Source: a virus
Direction: 5' to 3' (one strand)
Length of the DNA: 39,745 nucleotides
UHGV virus genome: UHGV-0127686
Under the pieces are notes generated by a model, which saw nothing but the letters and a program-made list of their open reading frames with translations, did not search any database and was not told the origin of the DNA. Shown one piece after another: positions 1-11,710 of the stretch (position 1 is its first letter; each line of letters opens with the position of its first letter). The translations under genes were made by a program, and so were the position numbers.

Positions 1-108
1 TACCCCATTTTCGCTTTATCCAGCAGTCACTGCTTACGTTTGTTCCGGCCGACAGCCCACCAGAATAGCGTAAGCGTTGTTATCAACCCGGCAACAGGGA
101 GGAGCCCT

Positions 109-345
109 ATGCCCGTTATTGCCATTATCGCCATTGTTGTCATCGTCATCATTCTGAACAAAACCGGGGTGTCCGACAGTCTCGCGGCCCTGACCCTTGC
201 CACTGTTGCCGCACTGCTGACGGGAGGTGGCGCAGCCGGTGCTGCCAGTGTCGCGCTGACACCGTTCGTCGGCGTGCCGGTGGGTATTTTCGTGGGCATT
301 TATGTCTTTGCCAAAGTGGTTCGTCTGATTTCAGGAAAAAAATAA
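109..345 (+). CDS. small hydrophobic membrane protein of the cryptic island
   Basis: 78-aa reading from the internal ATG of track ORF 40..345; two hydrophobic stretches; ends immediately before the next gene. The longer N-terminal extension looks non-coding. Confidence 0.4.
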   Translation: MPVIAIIAIVVIVIILNKTGVSDSLAALTLATVAALLTGGGAAGAASVALTPFVGVPVGIFVGIYVFAKVVRLISGKK

Positions 346-788
346 TGAAACGTAAAACACTGCCTCTGCTGGCGCTGGTTGCCACCACTCTGTTTCTCAT
401 CGCATGCGATGACAGAAGTGATGACCTGAAGGCCATCAGTAAATTTAAGGACCTCACCCCACCGCGTTTCAGTGATGTGGTCAGCCACCAGGATGATGTC
501 AGCGAAGAATGGTCACAGGTTGACTACTTATCCGGTCCCACCTTGCAGGTTTTACGTACCCGCCAGTCGCCCGATGGCTGCGAGGATGGCAGTTACTACT
601 ACCTCGTGGATATGCAGGAAAAAACCGTCCAGCCACTGATGAATGCGCTGTGTATTGCCGATAACATCAAACTGGAATACCAGGAGGTGACGGACCCGTA
701 TACCAAAGAAAAATACTTTGAGTACGCCCATGACGGCAAACTGATGGGGCGACTGCTGATACCCTCAAACCCTGACAATCAGGAATAA
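345..788 (+). CDS. lipoprotein (YafY-like)
   Basis: N-terminal signal peptide ending in LIAC lipobox; 147 aa; position and length match the lipoprotein gene of K-12 CP4-6-type islands as recalled. Confidence 0.55.
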   Translation: MKRKTLPLLALVATTLFLIACDDRSDDLKAISKFKDLTPPRFSDVVSHQDDVSEEWSQVDYLSGPTLQVLRTRQSPDGCEDGSYYYLVDMQEKTVQPLMNALCIADNIKLEYQEVTDPYTKEKYFEYAHDGKLMGRLLIPSNPDNQE

Positions 789-810
789 AACAACGACAAA
801 GGAGACAAGA

Positions 811-1278
811 ATGACAATACTTTCACTAAGTCGGTTTATGCTGGCGGGTGTACTGCTCGCGAGCTTTAATGCCTCTGCTATCCCGGGGTTCTGGCAGCAG
901 GGTTACGGTCAGGGCAATACGGAATACAGCGTGACCGAAGCCAGCGGAAAGACGTTTACCATCAACTGCACAGGGAACCCGGACCAGAATGGTTTCTATC
1001 AGCATTCAGTCTTTCTTACCCTTGCCGATGACAAGATGGTCAGTTCGCACGATGACGACACTACTATCACCGTAGTGATGGATCACCAGCAGTACATTAT
1101 TCCGTCCAGCCTGGGCTGGCGTAACGGCGATAACGCCTGGTTTGACTTCATCAGCAATATCTCTGAGGCCGGGCAGTTCGACGTCTACGTCAATGACCAC
1201 AAAGCAGGGACCTTCACTGCGGACCGGAAGAACGCTGAGAAAGTTCTGTCCACTCCCGGAGACTGCAGCAACGACTGA
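811..1278 (+). CDS. secreted protein with cleavable signal peptide (YkfB-like)
   Basis: Hydrophobic N-terminus followed by ASA-type cleavage region; RBS aaggag upstream; 155 aa. Confidence 0.5.
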   Translation: MTILSLSRFMLAGVLLASFNASAIPGFWQQGYGQGNTEYSVTEASGKTFTINCTGNPDQNGFYQHSVFLTLADDKMVSSHDDDTTITVVMDHQQYIIPSSLGWRNGDNAWFDFISNISEAGQFDVYVNDHKAGTFTADRKNAEKVLSTPGDCSND

Positions 1279-1354
1279 TAGTAGCATCTTCCCCAGCAAA
1301 TCCACCCCGACAGCTAGCAGGCTGCCGGGGTTTTCTTTTATCAGGAGCCCGAAA

Positions 1355-1594
1355 ATGACCCAATCCGTGTTGCTGCCACCGGGGCCTTTCACCCGGAGAC
1401 AAGCGCAAGCGGTCACTACCACGTACAGCAATATCACACTCGAAGACGACCAGGGCAGTCACTTCCGTCTGGTGGTTCGTGATACTGAAGGCCGGATGGT
1501 CTGGCGGGCATGGAACTTTGAGCCGGATGCCGGTGAAGGTCTTAACCGCTATATCCGCACCTCAGGCATCCGTACAGACACGGCTACCCGCTGA
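1355..1594 (+). CDS. DUF905-family small protein (YkfF/YpjJ-like)
   Basis: 79-aa product from the internal ATG of track ORF 1142..1594, preceded by aggag RBS; sequence recalled as the DUF905 family of CP4-type islands. Confidence 0.55.
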   Translation: MTQSVLLPPGPFTRRQAQAVTTTYSNITLEDDQGSHFRLVVRDTEGRMVWRAWNFEPDAGEGLNRYIRTSGIRTDTATR

Positions 1595-1691
1595 TCGCGA
1601 AGCATTTACCCGCATTCACCTCCCCGAACACACTTTATATCCCCATACGCCAGCCATCGCCGCTGGCGTTTTTATTGACGGAGACATACCC

Positions 1692-2150
1692 ATGATAACA
1701 CAGACGCAGCACGACCTCGCACCCGCTAACCAACCCGAATTTGAACTGACCGTCACGCCGGTCCCCGATGAACAGCGTATCGATTTCTGGCCACAGTACT
1801 TTGGCGCTATCCCGCAGTGGCTACTCCTGGAGCCGCATATCTTCGCCTGGATGGACCGCTTCTGTGAGGGCTACAGCGGTGGTATCTGGTCGTTCTACAC
1901 CCTCAGCAATGGCGGCGCATTTATGTCCCCCGAGCCTGACAACGATGAGACATGGCGTCTGTTTAACTGCCTGAACGGTAACGATGCCCAAATGAGTGCA
2001 GAAGCAGCAGGTATTGCTGTCTGCCTGATTGCGTATAGCCACCATGCCTGCCGTACAGAATGTGACGCGATGACCGCACACTATTACCGCCTGCGGGAGT
2101 ATGCCATGCAACATCCAGAGGCTCACGCCATTCTGCGTATTATCGACTGA
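1692..2150 (+). CDS. antirestriction protein, KlcA/ArdB family (YafX/YfjX-like)
   Basis: 152-aa product from internal ATG at 1692; motifs FWPQYFG, WSFYTLSNGGAFM and AHYYRLREYA match the recalled K-12 antirestriction paralogues. Confidence 0.75.
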   Translation: MITQTQHDLAPANQPEFELTVTPVPDEQRIDFWPQYFGAIPQWLLLEPHIFAWMDRFCEGYSGGIWSFYTLSNGGAFMSPEPDNDETWRLFNCLNGNDAQMSAEAAGIAVCLIAYSHHACRTECDAMTAHYYRLREYAMQHPEAHAILRIID

Positions 2151-2165
2151 CCGAAGGAGCAACAG

Positions 2166-2642
2166 ATGAAACAGCTTTCCTTTTTACCCGGCGAGATGAC
2201 GCCACAGGACCGGCGTCTCATTCAGCGGGCGCTCAGGGCTCTGGACCGCCACCTGCATGAGCCCGGCGTAGCCTTCACCTCTACCCACGCCGTACGTGAA
2301 TGGCTGCGACTGCATATGGCCGCGCTTGAGCGGGAAGAGTTCCGGGTGTTGTATCTGGACAACCAGAATCAGTTGATTGCCCATGAAACGCTCTTCACCG
2401 GCACGATTAACCGCACCGAGGTGCATCCCCGGGAGGTGGTCAAACGTGCTCTGCACTTCAACGCGGCGGCGGTGATACTCGCGCATAACCATCCTTCCGG
2501 CGAGACGACACCTAGCCAGGCCGACAAAACCCTCACGCAGCGACTGGTTCAGGTGCTTCAGCTGGTGGATATCCGTGTCCCTGACCATCTGATTGTCGGT
2601 GGCAGGCAAATCTATTCGTTCGCAGAACACGGTCTGCTTTGA
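2166..2642 (+). CDS. RadC-like JAB-domain protein (YkfG/YeeS family)
   Basis: 158 aa; JAB/MPN signature AHNHPSGETTPSQAD; RBS ggagc upstream. Confidence 0.8.
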   Translation: MKQLSFLPGEMTPQDRRLIQRALRALDRHLHEPGVAFTSTHAVREWLRLHMAALEREEFRVLYLDNQNQLIAHETLFTGTINRTEVHPREVVKRALHFNAAAVILAHNHPSGETTPSQADKTLTQRLVQVLQLVDIRVPDHLIVGGRQIYSFAEHGLL

Positions 2643-2650
2643 GGTATTAC

Positions 2651-2872
2651 ATGAAAATTATCAGTAAACGCAGGGCAATGACGATATACCGCCAGCATCC
2701 TGAGTCCCGAATCTTTCGCTACTGCACCGGCAAATACCAGTGGCACGGTAGCGTCTGTCATTACACCGGCAGGGACGTTCCGGATATCGCCGGAGTCCTC
2801 GCGGTATACGCCGAACGCCGCCAGGACCGCAATGGGCCCTATACCTGCCTGATGAGCATCACCCTGAACTGA
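2651..2872 (+). CDS. DUF987 small protein (YkfH/YeeT family)
   Basis: 73-aa product from internal ATG; FRYCTGKYQWHGS and GVLAVYAERRQD resemble the YeeT family. Confidence 0.55.
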   Translation: MKIISKRRAMTIYRQHPESRIFRYCTGKYQWHGSVCHYTGRDVPDIAGVLAVYAERRQDRNGPYTCLMSITLN

Positions 2873-2890
2873 CAATAGTGGAGAACTGTA

Positions 2891-3570
<680 letters not shown>

Positions 3571-3635
3571 ACATTGCGTACAACCTTCCCGATTTACATT
3601 TCTGAACTTCCTCCCTTGTTTACCTATTGCGTAAT

Positions 3636-3671
3636 GCGCCTGCTACTACCCGGCAGGCGCGTTATCTTTTT
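3636..3671 (+). terminator. rho-independent terminator after the toxin gene
   Basis: 8-bp GC-rich stem gcgcctgc/gcaggcgc with 9-nt loop followed by gttatcttttt. Confidence 0.6.
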
Positions 3672-3951
3672 ACGGACAAACAATCATGCAACCAGAAGTT
3701 GAAGTATTAACCGATCATAATGAGCTAATTTGTTCGAGCTTTATTGAACACATTGCCAACACATTAAATTTAGGAGTGGTGTACAACTAAACCTGCAGCC
3801 AAGGATGTATAGTGAGCGAAGCCCTATCAGGCCTTTTTGGTCAGTAGATAAGATTGATCTTCGTTGATAGAATTTACTTACACCAGCTGTTACATTAAGA
3901 TAATTTTTTGGTGGGAGAATGATAAGAACTTACGTAACAATTTGATTTTAA

Positions 3952-3997
3952 TGGTGCCGATAATAGGAGTCGAACCTACGACCTTCGCATTACGAAT
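3952..3997 (-). repeat. 46-nt partial tRNA-Thr 3' end (att core / element junction)
   Basis: Reverse complement reads attcgtaatgcgaaggtcgtaggttcgactcctattatcggcacca, the recalled 3' part of thrW through CCA; the sequence upstream of it is not tRNA-like, so it is a partial copy. Confidence 0.75.
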
Positions 3998-4437
3998 TAT
4001 AAGAATCCGCTTCTAATTCAAAGTATTATCCCATCAACACTGCGCTCACACGTCCCACCACATCAAAACATGTAAAGCCTTGCAAGCCATTGCGAGGCCT
4101 TATGTGTCTCAGTTTTGTCCCACCTTGTATTACGACTTGCATAGCCAATGAAGATAAACGTGACGACAAACGGCGCAGCAGTCTTCTTTTCCTTCATACT
4201 TTCCCCACCCAGCATGCATACCTTTATGCCATAACTGAAGTTTATGTCTGTTATGAGCGAGGAACGGACATTACTAACAGCATTCTGTGTGAATCACCAG
4301 GGAGCAGGTCAGCGCCACTACTCTATATAATCGCTAACGATGACAAGTATAATTATATAAGTCTTTGCCCTTAGCTTTTGGATAAAATTGTTGAAGTTTC
4401 ACGAAAATAATGATAAACAAAAAAAGTAGCAATAATA

Positions 4438-5070
4438 ATGGATTTAATTATGGAATGGAGATTTTTAGGTTCTCTATCAGAGGCCAGGAAATCTGGCTGT
4501 AGCGGAGTTTATCTTATTGTCCATAAAGGACTTTTCAGTCGTGTGGTTTACGTTGGGGTAAGTTGTAATGTAGGTAGAAGGATAACCGAACATTACGACG
4601 GTTATCTTAGAGGAAATCGAACAATTTACGACGCTGGTCACGACGAAGACGTTTATCGCTTCATGTCAGCTTATAAAATTCATAACCACACAAAATACTA
4701 TCAAGCCTTGGCGAATGATTATAAGATATGGGCATCTACCACAATGTATTCTGATTTGCCGAAAAACATGCTAGCAAAAAGCCAAACCTTTGATACTGAT
4801 TGGCAGAGCATTGCATTAGAAAAATATATTCCTCAACTGGTAGTATGGGCCCTTCCAATGGCAAAGTACTGTTATTCAAATGCAAGCAGGATTGAAAGTG
4901 TAATCCAATCAAAGCTCATTAAATCTTTTGATTTGAGAGGTTTTTTTAATATAAAGCAATTAAGCATATTGGGTAAAATTGAATATCCCTATATGGAAAA
5001 GGTCAAAGTTTTCATTATTAACACACCTGATTTAGACCCGGCATCCCAGCTTATTTTTAGCAATCTATAA
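4438..5070 (+). CDS. GIY-YIG-like nuclease-domain protein (cargo)
   Basis: N-terminus GVYLIVHKGLFSRVVYVGVSCNVGRRITEH fits the GIY-x(10)-YVG...R...E pattern; AT-rich; weak RBS, start uncertain. Confidence 0.5.
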   Translation: MDLIMEWRFLGSLSEARKSGCSGVYLIVHKGLFSRVVYVGVSCNVGRRITEHYDGYLRGNRTIYDAGHDEDVYRFMSAYKIHNHTKYYQALANDYKIWASTTMYSDLPKNMLAKSQTFDTDWQSIALEKYIPQLVVWALPMAKYCYSNASRIESVIQSKLIKSFDLRGFFNIKQLSILGKIEYPYMEKVKVFIINTPDLDPASQLIFSNL

Positions 5071-5571
5071 CAAAAAAACTGATAACAACTTCTGTAAAGA
5101 GTTCCGTTCACAATTTAAAAGCGAGATTTTTCAGAGGGAAAGTGAAACTCAGAGAAAGCGAACTATTAGGGAGCATAAGGTATCTCTTTATGAAAATTAT
5201 GGCAAGCCTTGGACTTTAAAGGAAATGGAAAAACTTAGAGTCATGCTTGTCGATTTTGATTTGTCCCCGACAGAAATATCTGAGTATCTAGGAAGAGAGC
5301 CGCGCTCTATATCTAAAAAAATAAGCGAAAATGATAAAGTTACTAATTATAAATGGCGAGAGAGCGTCGGCTGGTTGTGACGTTACGTTTTGATTGAAAT
5401 AACCCCCATTTTGCAAAGTCCGCTCTTGGCACATAGCAGACCAGAGACACTGGCGTAAAGCCATGGAGGATCGGTGGGAGGAGGTAAAAATCCTCTCATG
5501 CAAAAAATACGCAAAATCGATAACAGTTGGAAATCATTCAATACTCGCACTATCGAAAGTTCACCAGCCAG

Positions 5572-5611
5572 TCGTAGCACGTTCTTGCATACGACGTGGC
5601 TACGGGTTTCG
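5572..5611. repeat. imperfect hairpin repeat, copy A
   Basis: cgtagcacgttcttgcatacgacgtggctacgggtttc; shares about 35 of 40 positions with the copy at 6593-6632. Confidence 0.55.
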
Positions 5612-5700
5612 AGACCGACTCGATCATCAAACGAAACATAAAATTAGCTCACATTATGAGGAAAGGTATCTTTTTGCGCTATGTAAATTCAAAGGGTTAG

Positions 5701-6570
<870 letters not shown>

Positions 6571-6592
6571 GTCTTTAAGTGATAAGCATAAA

Positions 6593-6632
6593 CCGCAGCA
6601 CGATCTTCTTGCATACGACGTGCTACGGTTTC
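6593..6632. repeat. imperfect hairpin repeat, copy B
   Basis: gcagcacgatcttcttgcatacgacgtgctacggtttc, abutting the pin stop codon; agcacg/cgtgct stem around a conserved ttcttgcatacga loop. Confidence 0.55.
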
Positions 6633-7185
6633 ATTTATCTCCGACCGGAAACTTCTTATACAGTGTCGATATACCAACATCATAGATGATCGCCACCTTC
6701 TGGCGAGGAACGCCTGATGCAATTAATCGTCCGGCCTGCTCCCATTGTTCTGGTGTAAGTTTGGGGCGACGTCCACCAATTCGTCCCTGTGCGCGAGCTG
6801 CTTCCAGTCCAGCTTTTGTTCGTTCAACAATCAGTTCACGCTCCATTTCAGCCAGGGCACCCATCACATGAAAGAAAAAGCGCCCCATTGGGGTACTGGT
6901 ATCAATTGAATCCGTCAGACTACGAAAGTTGATGCCTCGTTCGCGCAACTCCTCCACCAGCACGACAAGATGCCGCATACTGCGTCCCAGTCGGTCCAGT
7001 TTCCAGACCACCAGCGTGTCACCTGCCGATAATGTCCTGAGCAGCTTTTTCAGTCCTGGTCTGTCGGACTTTGTACCGCTTATCTTGTCTTCAAAAATCA
7101 GTTCACATCCTACACAGTTCAACGCATTACGTTGTAGATCGGTGTTCTGGTCATTTGTTGATACGCGTACATAGCCAATAAGCAT
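6631..7185 (-). CDS. pin: serine DNA invertase, Pin/Gin/Hin family
   Basis: 184-aa product from internal ATG; [22 protein letters not shown] with catalytic Ser, [16 protein letters not shown]-terminal HTH; very close to e14 Pin as recalled. Confidence 0.92.
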   Translation of the reverse strand: MLIGYVRVSTNDQNTDLQRNALNCVGCELIFEDKISGTKSDRPGLKKLLRTLSAGDTLVVWKLDRLGRSMRHLVVLVEELRERGINFRSLTDSIDTSTPMGRFFFHVMGALAEMERELIVERTKAGLEAARAQGRIGGRRPKLTPEQWEQAGRLIASGVPRQKVAIIYDVGISTLYKKFPVGDK

Positions 7186-7239
7186 GGTGGATCTCCCTGA
7201 CAAAAGCAGGAATGATGCCATTTGCTCGTTATTTCTGCA

Positions 7240-7265
7240 TTTTCATAAACGTTGGTTTGGGAGAA
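7240..7265. repeat. invertase crossover site, left
   Basis: ttttcataaacgTTggtttgggagaa, 26 bp; right half-site identical to the reverse complement of the site at 9131-9156. Confidence 0.8.
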
Positions 7266-7625
7266 GCGGCGAAACGAAATGTGGGAACAGGGGAAAATCA
7301 GATACCGGACATGGCCTCTTTTGCCAGTGGTGATGGATGGATGAAATTACCCAACGGGAAAATCCTGCAATATGGTCGTGGGCGTGTGTCTCCTACGCTT
7401 GCGAGTCAGACACTACGGGTAGAATTTAATATACCTTTCCCTAAAAAAGCTGATATTGCCTTGCTTTCACATTCTGGTGATGGTGGTTCAACTGCCGGGA
7501 GTGGTCGTGGTTTTATGATGACAACTGAAGAGCCAGGGTTAACAGGGTTTTATTCTGCCTTTAGAACAACCTCGACAAGTCCAACTGTTACCATGAATTA
7601 CTGTTGGTGGGCTGTTGGCGAGTAA
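7251..7625 (+). CDS. alternative tail-fibre C-terminal variable segment (startless, fused to the constant part after inversion)
   Basis: Frame is open from inside the left site ([11 protein letters not shown]...) and matches the frame of the fibre constant part across the right site (ENLGLGE); no own start codon needed. Confidence 0.65.
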   Translation, partial: VGLGEAAKRNVGTGENQIPDMASFASGDGWMKLPNGKILQYGRGRVSPTLASQTLRVEFNIPFPKKADIALLSHSGDGGSTAGSGRGFMMTTEEPGLTGFYSAFRTTSTSPTVTMNYCWWAVGE

Positions 7626-7645
7626 TTTTATTCAGGGTGATTTAT

Positions 7646-8089
7646 ATGAACAAATATGTTTATAGTGCCAGACATAATGCTTTTTTCCCTGTGGATATGA
7701 TTGATAAATATAAATCAGAGGGATGGGATTTATCAGATGTGAAAGAAGTGAATCAAAATATTATCAGTGAGTTTATGGCTGAACCGCCACAAGGAAAAGT
7801 CCGTATTGCCGGAGATGATGCGCTGCCTGCGTGGGCTGATATTCCTCCACCCACGCATGAAGAGCTTATTGAAATTACTGAATCAGAAAGACAGCTACTA
7901 ATTAACCAGGCCAACGAATACATGAACAGTAAACAATGGCCCGGTAAAGCCGCTATTGGTCGTCTGAAAGGTGACGAACTGGCGCAATATAATTTGTGGC
8001 TGGATTATCTGGACGCACTGGAACTGGTTGATACTTCCGGTGCGCCAGATATTGAATGGCCTACGCCTCCGGCAGTTCAGGCCAGATGA
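7646..8089 (+). CDS. tail fibre assembly protein (alternate orientation)
   Basis: From ATG at 7646 with RBS agggtga; C-terminal LWLDYLDALELVDTSGAPDIEWPTPP is the typical Tfa C-terminus. Confidence 0.8.
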   Translation: MNKYVYSARHNAFFPVDMIDKYKSEGWDLSDVKEVNQNIISEFMAEPPQGKVRIAGDDALPAWADIPPPTHEELIEITESERQLLINQANEYMNSKQWPGKAAIGRLKGDELAQYNLWLDYLDALELVDTSGAPDIEWPTPPAVQAR

Positions 8090-8663
8090 CATCCGGCGCG
8101 GTGCTGGTATCTGTTGCCGTCAACGCGTCAATATAATCCAGCGCAGCGTTAAGCCGGGTGGTTTCTGCCTGCGTCAGCTTCCGCCCGGCCTGCAATTTCA
8201 ACTGAATCAGACTAATGGAAACCATTGCAGCATCAATCAGTGACTGACGCTGTGCTTCTGCCGCGTCTACTGCGGCGCTATGCTGTGCCTCGGTATCTGT
8301 CACCCATTTCTCACCATCCCATTTATCGTATGGAGATAAAGGGGCGATAGTGGTTGTATTTTCAGGGTAATCACCCGGAGATGTGATTTCTTTTGATTCT
8401 CCTGTTTCGGTGCTATAGAGGATTTCACCGCGATGGTCTGGCACATATTCCCATGAATTAAAATCTGCAGAACGGCGGATAACATAACCCTCCCTATGTA
8501 TACCAGGTGCATCCAGGCAGGAATATGCCGGGATACCAACACCAACGGCAAGATATTCACTTGAAGTGGAAATATATTCCCGAGTTTCACCATCATAGTT
8601 ATAAACAGTAATATCCCCTGCCTTCGTAGCAATAAACTCGCTATTTAATACAGCGTTATCCAT
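8061..8663 (-). CDS. tail fibre assembly protein (expressed orientation)
   Basis: C-terminal NAALDYIDALTATDTSTAPDVIWPELP Tfa motif; start overlaps the fibre stop (TAATG). Confidence 0.85.
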   Translation of the reverse strand: MDNAVLNSEFIATKAGDITVYNYDGETREYISTSSEYLAVGVGIPAYSCLDAPGIHREGYVIRRSADFNSWEYVPDHRGEILYSTETGESKEITSPGDYPENTTTIAPLSPYDKWDGEKWVTDTEAQHSAAVDAAEAQRQSLIDAAMVSISLIQLKLQAGRKLTQAETTRLNAALDYIDALTATDTSTAPDVIWPELPEA

Positions 8664-9499
8664 TATGCAGCCCTCACAATGTAGTTAAATGCAACGTTCA
8701 CCGGGCGAGTTTCATTGGCGGTATTTGCCACCCTTGACATATCGAAATCAAATGTTGTGACACCATGCCCTCCACTACCTACGCCTGTAACCGCTGTTAA
8801 TCCAGTAGTCAGATAGTTATTACCGTTATGACGAAATGGACCACTGGTAACTAAATCTTTAAAAAGCTGAATTTTCCCTATTGAACCAGTGACGTTTTGC
8901 ATTGCATGCTCCTGTGAAGCCAATAGAATCCTTCCGGGGTCAATGCCTCTCCCGTCATCCCAGCCACGAATAAACTCACCGCGTAAATCAGGCAATTTAT
9001 TTGTCGGGTAAGCCTTTGCCAGTTCCGGGTATTCTTCAGCAGAAAATGCCGCACCGTTGCATTTCAGCCAGCCTGTTGGCGGAGTGGCGGAAGGCCACGG
9101 AACAGGCACACCAACGGGTAATGCCGAACCTTCTCCCAAACCAAGGTTTTCGAGAGCTGTTTTCACCGTGCCATCCGATTTGATATCGCCAAACGGATTC
9201 TTGCGGCTCAGGTATTCAACAGCAAACCCCGATCCCAGCAATTCAACAAAACCGGGCAGATCACCATTATCAAGCACATCCCGTTGCGTTTTGTCACTTA
9301 CAAACTGGGCCAGAGCTGCAGCAATAAAGCTGGCCTGCCGAATAACCTTATTGACTTGCGCACTGGATGCTTTCCCTGCTGTAAATCCGGATAAAAGCGC
9401 AGGCAACGCTTCCCATTCCTCCTGCGACATAACATTGGCATTTCGATCCGTTGCAAACGCTTTAAAGTCATTTTTCGCCATCAGAGTAATACTCCCCAT
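8663..9499 (-). CDS. tail fibre protein (constant N-terminus plus variable C-terminus with collar-type domain)
   Basis: 278 aa; crossover site lies inside the gene at the LENLGLGEG codons; C-terminal [18 protein letters not shown]...[15 protein letters not shown] is the phage tail-collar motif. Confidence 0.8.
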   Translation of the reverse strand: MGSITLMAKNDFKAFATDRNANVMSQEEWEALPALLSGFTAGKASSAQVNKVIRQASFIAAALAQFVSDKTQRDVLDNGDLPGFVELLGSGFAVEYLSRKNPFGDIKSDGTVKTALENLGLGEGSALPVGVPVPWPSATPPTGWLKCNGAAFSAEEYPELAKAYPTNKLPDLRGEFIRGWDDGRGIDPGRILLASQEHAMQNVTGSIGKIQLFKDLVTSGPFRHNGNNYLTTGLTAVTGVGSGGHGVTTFDFDMSRVANTANETRPVNVAFNYIVRAA

Positions 9500-10161
9500 G
9501 CCCCTACATCAAAACCACTGATGAATTCGTTATCCATATCAAAACCAAAAAATTTTGAACCTTCCGATGGGGTTTCCACCGAAGGTGTTTCAATGCCACC
9601 CGCCCACACACCGGCGGCTTTTACTGTGAGATATCCCTGTTTAATTGCAGCAATTAACTCACGCGATACATCTGAAATATCAGTATCAGGAAAGACCCAG
9701 ACCGATATCGTCATGTCCTGGTTATCGACTATCTGCATTCGCAGTCCGGATCCTGCTGTCGCCGCGTCAAGAATTGCCGGAAGCGAATCATTCCGTCCAT
9801 CCCAGTTATTAATCGCAATCTTCGCTTTAAGGATGACACGATAAGTTTCATCGCTGAGGTACATGTATCCGGAATCAGGATCGTATGGCCCCTGCCATAC
9901 ACCCTGATCATATCCAAGCCCGTCGGTATCCCAGCTGAAATAGACACCTGAGATAGGCTGGCTGACAACACGGCTACGTCCGATCCACAATCCAAGAATG
10001 TCAAGTTGCACACCAACCGCAGAGTCAATATCAAATGCAGTAATCAGCCCTCTGGTGGCAGCCGCAACATCAATAAGTGGCCGGGTCATCAGATCAACAT
10101 GCGCAAGAAATTTAGGTTTGGTGGCGTGGTAGTTCGTGATTAGTTCGGTGTATTTGCTCAT
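9481..10161 (-). CDS. baseplate protein (P2 gpI / Mu gp48-like)
   Basis: 226 aa; position after the J-like gene in a conserved V-W-J-I-H-G order. Confidence 0.6.
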   Translation of the reverse strand: MSKYTELITNYHATKPKFLAHVDLMTRPLIDVAAATRGLITAFDIDSAVGVQLDILGLWIGRSRVVSQPISGVYFSWDTDGLGYDQGVWQGPYDPDSGYMYLSDETYRVILKAKIAINNWDGRNDSLPAILDAATAGSGLRMQIVDNQDMTISVWVFPDTDISDVSRELIAAIKQGYLTVKAAGVWAGGIETPSVETPSEGSKFFGFDMDNEFISGFDVGAWGVLL

Positions 10162-11357
10162 GACTCCACCGTTATAACGATATTTTCCGGGGTACAGGAC
10201 GCAGATTCGTTGTATCTGATATCAATGTTTGATGACGACAAAGCCCCCGGGGATTTCCCAATCGTCAGTTCCTGAATATCGTAATAGCGTGCATTCCCGC
10301 CACTCACCACGCCAAGATTCGCCGGTGAGTAAATGCGACTTAAAAGGACCGAATCACCAATCATCAGACTATTGATATAGTCGGAAATAGCCTGCTGGAT
10401 CTGTTGCCCTATCTGTGAGGTATAACCCGTAAAAACTTTTAATTTAATCCGGGCATAAACAGGTACATCACTGGAACGCGAGAATTTGATTACATGGGGA
10501 TTGCCGTATTTATCCGGAACCGTAACGGATGTTGTACCGTGAGTGGCTGTCCCCTGGCCTTTATTCCCTCTGATAGCCTGAGCAATATCCGTCACATCAC
10601 CGCCATCCACAATTACAGCAACAGAGTGTGGCGGTAACCCGTTACCGTCCTCCGAACCAGTATCGTTTTCATAGAGTTTGTGGCGGGTTACACCGGTAAC
10701 ATTAGAAACGGCACCATCCAGTGCTTCAAATGGGGTTATTGATGGCAACGCAACACTTTGCGACTGGCGGATACGTAACTCCGCATCAGTTTCTGCTGGA
10801 GTGCCTACAGTAGCTGCAGCAGGATTGGTTACCGAAACCCAGCCACGGGTTGGCGTATTAATTTCAGTGATAGTTCCAGCCAGCGCCGCCACTGCACCAC
10901 TGACGGAACATGTTGCGGTCACCATCACTGTACCATCCACGCCGACCACCACTGAAGCAGGCAAACGCCATATCACATTATTACTGTCTTTCACGCTGCC
11001 ATTAATGATGGTTGTTCCGGCAGTTCCTGTAAGAAGCAAATCAACCGTAGAGTTCGTCGCGCCTTTACGTGAAATACCATTTATTTTCACGTTACTGGTC
11101 AGTGCAGCCCCATAGCCGGTTGCCGGTGAAAAACAGTTGTAGACAGTTATCGCCGTATTATTGGCATCATGAATCGCCAGCGCCATCAGAGCCACCATCT
11201 GGCCGTCTTTGCTGTCCGGTTCGAGGTAGGCATCACTGCCATAAATCTGCTGAAAATAGCTAATCAGGGTGCTGAGTATCGTCTGATAATCAGGCGCACT
11301 GATCCCCTCCGCGGTTACCTTTGCAGATAAACCGAGAGAATCAAGGTTCAGAGCCAT
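10158..11357 (-). CDS. baseplate J-like protein (P2 gpJ / Mu gp47-like)
   Basis: 399 aa; size and position typical of baseplate J. Confidence 0.65.
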   Translation of the reverse strand: MALNLDSLGLSAKVTAEGISAPDYQTILSTLISYFQQIYGSDAYLEPDSKDGQMVALMALAIHDANNTAITVYNCFSPATGYGAALTSNVKINGISRKGATNSTVDLLLTGTAGTTIINGSVKDSNNVIWRLPASVVVGVDGTVMVTATCSVSGAVAALAGTITEINTPTRGWVSVTNPAAATVGTPAETDAELRIRQSQSVALPSITPFEALDGAVSNVTGVTRHKLYENDTGSEDGNGLPPHSVAVIVDGGDVTDIAQAIRGNKGQGTATHGTTSVTVPDKYGNPHVIKFSRSSDVPVYARIKLKVFTGYTSQIGQQIQQAISDYINSLMIGDSVLLSRIYSPANLGVVSGGNARYYDIQELTIGKSPGALSSSNIDIRYNESASCTPENIVITVES

Positions 11358-11710
11358 TACGCCTCCGATGTAACAGTCGTTATTCCATAAAGAGTGTCGA
11401 TTTCAGCGGAAAACATGACACGTCGGGTCGTGGTATCCACCGTCGTATTGAAAGAGAGGATTGATTTAACGCCCCGCGTTTCGAGGATGCGCTTACGGAT
11501 CGCCAGGTTGTAGGTTTCCGGCTTCTGCTTACCGAGTACGGACTGGATCCACGGAGTCCCCTCGGTGGTGTCGAGAAACCATTGCCCATACCACAATTCG
11601 AATCGCGTTTTTACCGCCTGCGCCACGGCCTCCGGTGAGTTAATCAGCCAGGTGTCATCACCGCTGCCAAAGGTGTAATCGCCATCGGCGTCTTCACGTC
11701 TGTATCGCAT
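11357..11710 (-). CDS. baseplate protein (P2 gpW / Mu gp46-like)
   Basis: 117 aa between V-like and J-like genes; overlapping start/stop. Confidence 0.6.
   Translation of the reverse strand: MRYRREDADGDYTFGSGDDTWLINSPEAVAQAVKTRFELWYGQWFLDTTEGTPWIQSVLGKQKPETYNLAIRKRILETRGVKSILSFNTTVDTTTRRVMFSAEIDTLYGITTVTSEA

Larger units (their letters stand above)
7240..9156. mobile_element. invertible tail-fibre host-range segment (G/P-segment type)
   Basis: Bounded by inverted 26-bp sites; contains convergent fibre-variable and fibre-assembly genes on both strands; invertase gene immediately outside. Confidence 0.8.

Noticed and set aside
40-345. Full-length 101-aa version of the first ORF
   Set aside because: The N-terminal 23 residues are read from the window edge with no RBS; the internal ATG at 109 gives a more plausible small membrane protein.
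1479-2150. 223-aa version of the antirestriction ORF
   Set aside because: The first 71 residues are an upstream extension overlapping the previous gene; the internal ATG at 1692 gives the 152-aa product expected for this family.
4090-4374. 94-aa + strand ORF in the AT-rich region right of the att core
   Set aside because: No RBS, odd composition, lies in a region that looks like non-coding att-flanking DNA; could not support it as a gene.
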